A stretch of 64,000 nucleotides of DNA from an uncultured Nitrospiraceae bacterium (GTDB taxonomy: Bacteria; Nitrospirota; Thermodesulfovibrionia; Thermodesulfovibrionales; UBA6898): the NCBI GenBank assembly GCA_963811165.1, contig CAWEQH010000010.1, forward strand, positions 864,001 to 928,000, in the 5' to 3' direction. The translations under genes and the position numbers were made by a program. Positions 61,440-64,000 of this stretch are shown piece by piece; position 1 is the stretch's first letter, and every line of letters begins with the position of its first letter. The notes beneath the pieces are model-generated. The model was given only the letters and a program-made list of their open reading frames with translations. It was not told where the DNA came from and did no database searches.

Positions 61440-61570
61440 ATGTATCCATTCGGACAGCTCAATAGTCCGCCTCTTTACCTTATGCTAAACAAAATAATCG
61501 TATTAATTCAAATGGTGGGCATAGACACAAGAGTGGGCGCAATTCATATATAGACTTCTCTGCAGGCAGT

Positions 61571-61709
61571 AAACATGCAGGAGTGTGGACTGCCTTTGAG
61601 CGGCTTCAATTACTCGTATTACCCGCCTTAAGCAAGGCGAGAAATTCCTCGGCGGCCCCGGTTTATTGGATCCGAGATGAGAGAGGAGACGGTCCACTCC
61701 TGCATGTTT
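61571..61709. other. ~140-nt structured element closed by a 15-bp perfect inverted repeat (candidate ncRNA or MITE)
   Basis: AAACATGCAGGAGTG (61571-61585) / CACTCCTGCATGTTT (61695-61709), with internal hairpins. Confidence 0.45.
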
Positions 61710-61751
61710 GGTTATTGCTAAGAATTCCGAATTGACAAATGAGGTATCAGA

Positions 61752-62837
61752 TCAGAGTCTCAGGACATCGCAGGCATTCGTAAAGATCGACTCATGGATT
61801 CCGAAGTCTTTCAGTACCCTGTAATGGATGTCAAGAAGGTTTCCCTGCCCGCTGATATGTTCCCGCAGTTCATTCGTATTGAGAGGTTCTTTCACAACGT
61901 CACTGTCCACTGCAGGCATCGGGAAATCGCTACCGTAAAGAAAGCGTTTAGGACTTATCCTTCCCTCTTCTATTTCCCTCTTGATTCTCTGGAGATATTC
62001 TATTTGGGAGGGTGCGCAACAGGCAGATATATCGGCATACAGGTCCCACTTTTTTTCTTCCGCCGTCCTAAGCATCTCAAGCAGACATTGCACACCTCCC
62101 CCGTTCCCGCCGGGTGACGCATAATGAGACACAATCACTTTGACGCCTATGTCGAGAGCGCTCTTCAGCTTTCTCGGATCGCTGTAGGTAATTGTCCTGA
62201 TGTCGGTCATGCGCGCCGAAGACATGCTGCCCGTGTGAAAGAGAAGCGGAATGCCTTCTTTCGCCAGACATACATAAAATGGTATGCACCTGTCATCCTC
62301 AGGGTTTATCTGCTGGTCGGAGGGAGACCACATGAAAAGCGCTGCACCCTCATCTATGCAGCGTTTCGAAACGGCCAACATAGCCGCCGCCTCGCGGTAG
62401 GGGTGCACAGAGGCTCCGAAAAGCACTTTTTTGTACGTCCTGGAAAGATCGATTATGTAATCGTTGGGGACCATAAGTTGCGTCTCCTGCGAAACGAATT
62501 TACCGTTTTTGTAAACACCGTCCATCGCGAGAAAAACCGCGTAATCGGTATTCTCGGAGCTATTGACAACTCCAAGAAGGTTTTCGATTATCTCCCCGTC
62601 GCTTAAGGCAGAGGTCTTAAGAGTCATGAGAATGGAGGAAAAAACGGGGCCGGAGACAAACTCCTGCGATGCGGTGACCCCCATTAAGGTATCACCTCTG
62701 CTCACGGCGTGCACATGGATATCGATGACCTTCCCCTCAAGCATACAATTCGTGCTCCTGAACCTCTCACTCCGCCCGAACACTTTATCGTTCATTCTTC
62801 CATTTCCTTCAAGGCCATCATTCACCACGAAAGCCAT
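61752..62837 (-). CDS. Amidohydrolase_2 family metal-dependent hydrolase
   Basis: IDIHVH, GASVHPY, FHTG, SHY, YGSDFP. Confidence 0.82.
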   Translation of the reverse strand: MAFVVNDGLEGNGRMNDKVFGRSERFRSTNCMLEGKVIDIHVHAVSRGDTLMGVTASQEFVSGPVFSSILMTLKTSALSDGEIIENLLGVVNSSENTDYAVFLAMDGVYKNGKFVSQETQLMVPNDYIIDLSRTYKKVLFGASVHPYREAAAMLAVSKRCIDEGAALFMWSPSDQQINPEDDRCIPFYVCLAKEGIPLLFHTGSMSSARMTDIRTITYSDPRKLKSALDIGVKVIVSHYASPGGNGGGVQCLLEMLRTAEEKKWDLYADISACCAPSQIEYLQRIKREIEEGRISPKRFLYGSDFPMPAVDSDVVKEPLNTNELREHISGQGNLLDIHYRVLKDFGIHESIFTNACDVLRL

Positions 62838-62848
62838 ACCATTTCTTA

Positions 62849-63115
62849 TTACTTATCGTCTATATCCTGATTGGCGGCTATGGAAACCGCCTGCATCCTG
62901 TTGATAACACCAAGCTTTCGCATGATATTATTAACGTGGTAATTTACTGTCCTTTCGCTTATTCGCAGGATCACTGATATGGCCCATGACGTCTTGCCTC
63001 GCCGGAGCCACATGAGGACTTCCCGCTCCCTTGGAGAAAGGGACTGTAAAGGATCCATGTCGGTTACGGTCTTCTTCCCCCTCATATCCCCGTTTGCCAT
63101 TTCCCCTATTGTCAT
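62849..63115 (-). CDS. Stand-alone LuxR-type HTH regulator
   Basis: LSPREREVLMW..GKTSW.IS.IL.ISERTVNYHVNNIMRKLGV.NR.QAV. Confidence 0.85.
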   Translation of the reverse strand: MTIGEMANGDMRGKKTVTDMDPLQSLSPREREVLMWLRRGKTSWAISVILRISERTVNYHVNNIMRKLGVINRMQAVSIAANQDIDDK

Positions 63116-63309
63116 CTCATCAAAATTTTATGGAAAGAGATACATTAATTCTTGCAAAGAGAAGGCCAGAAATGAGAAAGGCATAACACGCTGTTTTATA
63201 TGAAGTTATCTCCCCATGTCATGTCATGGGGCAGCTAAAGACCCTTATAAAAGTTTGTAGGATTATATGGAAAGTTATATAGTTTGGGAGAGAGAGTATC
63301 TGAGTGGGG

Positions 63310-64000
63310 CTACTTAATGCCGTATTCTTTTATCTTTGCAAAAAGGGTCGCATAGCTCAGGTCGAGCAAATCCGCGGCCTTGGTCTTGTTCCCTTCCGTC
63401 TTCGCAAGCGCCTGGATGATAATCCTTTTTTCAAGGTCCCTGACAGCCTCTTTAAGCGGCATGACGGAACACGCACTCTTCTCTCTTCCTTGATGACTCA
63501 TCAACACCTCTACGCATGTCTGGTCGATCACATCGCCTTCGGCAAGAAGGGTCGCCCTCCTTATGACGTTCTTGAGTTCCCTCAAATTGCCGGGCCACGA
63601 ATATTTCATGAGGACAGCGAGTGATCCCCCTTCGATCTCCCTGATCTGCTTGTTCAGTTCTATCCCGGCCTCGAAGGCGAATTTGCGCGCAAAAAAAGGA
63701 ATGTCCTCGACCCTCTCTCTAAGCGGCGGCAGCGTGATGAAGAATTCTCCCAAGCGGTAGAAAAGGTCCTCTCTGAACTCCTTCTTCTCTACACTTTCTT
63801 TCAAATCCTTGTTCGTCGCCGCGATAATACGGATATCCACGTCCACCGGGCTTGTGCTTCCCAGTGGGTAAATCCTTTTTTTCTCTATGACGCTCAGGAG
63901 TTTTCCCTGGACATGAGGCGACATGTTTTCTAACTCGTCTATGAATATCGTGCCGCCGTGGGCGGTCTCGAAATAACCGGCCTTGTCGCGGTCGGCGCCT
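63310..64000 (-). CDS. Sigma54-dependent Fis-family activator (partial; 5' end outside the window)
   Basis: GGTIFIDE, FREDLFYRL, WPGNLREL, Fis HTH. Confidence 0.92.
   Translation of the reverse strand, partial: GADRDKAGYFETAHGGTIFIDELENMSPHVQGKLLSVIEKKRIYPLGSTSPVDVDIRIIAATNKDLKESVEKKEFREDLFYRLGEFFITLPPLRERVEDIPFFARKFAFEAGIELNKQIREIEGGSLAVLMKYSWPGNLRELKNVIRRATLLAEGDVIDQTCVEVLMSHQGREKSACSVMPLKEAVRDLEKRIIIQALAKTEGNKTKAADLLDLSYATLFAKIKEYGIK

Noticed and set aside
61571..61709. Retron msr-msd
   Set aside because: Terminal inverted repeats fit superficially, but no reverse transcriptase is nearby

Overview
This window comes from an anaerobic Gram-negative bacterium with a Geobacter/Nitrospirota-like gene repertoire (taxon inferred, not shown). 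1-7.6 kb: a geopeptide-type RiPP locus. It has an unannotated 33-aa precursor (2530-2631), a radical SAM/SPASM maturase, a half-MFS exporter and a TonB receptor, with a divergent periplasmic binding protein and hybrid kinase. It ends at tRNA-Ser(GGA). 8-18 kb: signalling genes, including a kinase / REC-HEPN / MotB-like triad. 18-39 kb: a large extracellular electron transfer island with about 42 canonical CxxCH motifs. It holds an OmcE-like nanowire cytochrome with NHL, beta-barrel and SurA-like accessory genes, and PKD-tailed cytochromes. Main finding: ORFs 38261-38740 and 33617-38242 are in frame, separated by a single TGA followed by a textbook bacterial SECIS hairpin. They most likely encode one ~1695-aa selenocysteine-containing, OTR-like octaheme cytochrome with a PKD/Ig-like tail. 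39-56 kb: a heavily duplicated sigma54 regulatory block with two NtrC-type paralogs, a heme-c sensor kinase, four paralogous ~190-aa proteins and a ~1.9-kb inverted repeat. A ~36-bp enhancer-like motif recurs six times between 21.7 and 54.3 kb. 56-64 kb: mostly housekeeping genes (ftsH, ald and others). All family assignments come from motif recognition by eye; no database searches were run.
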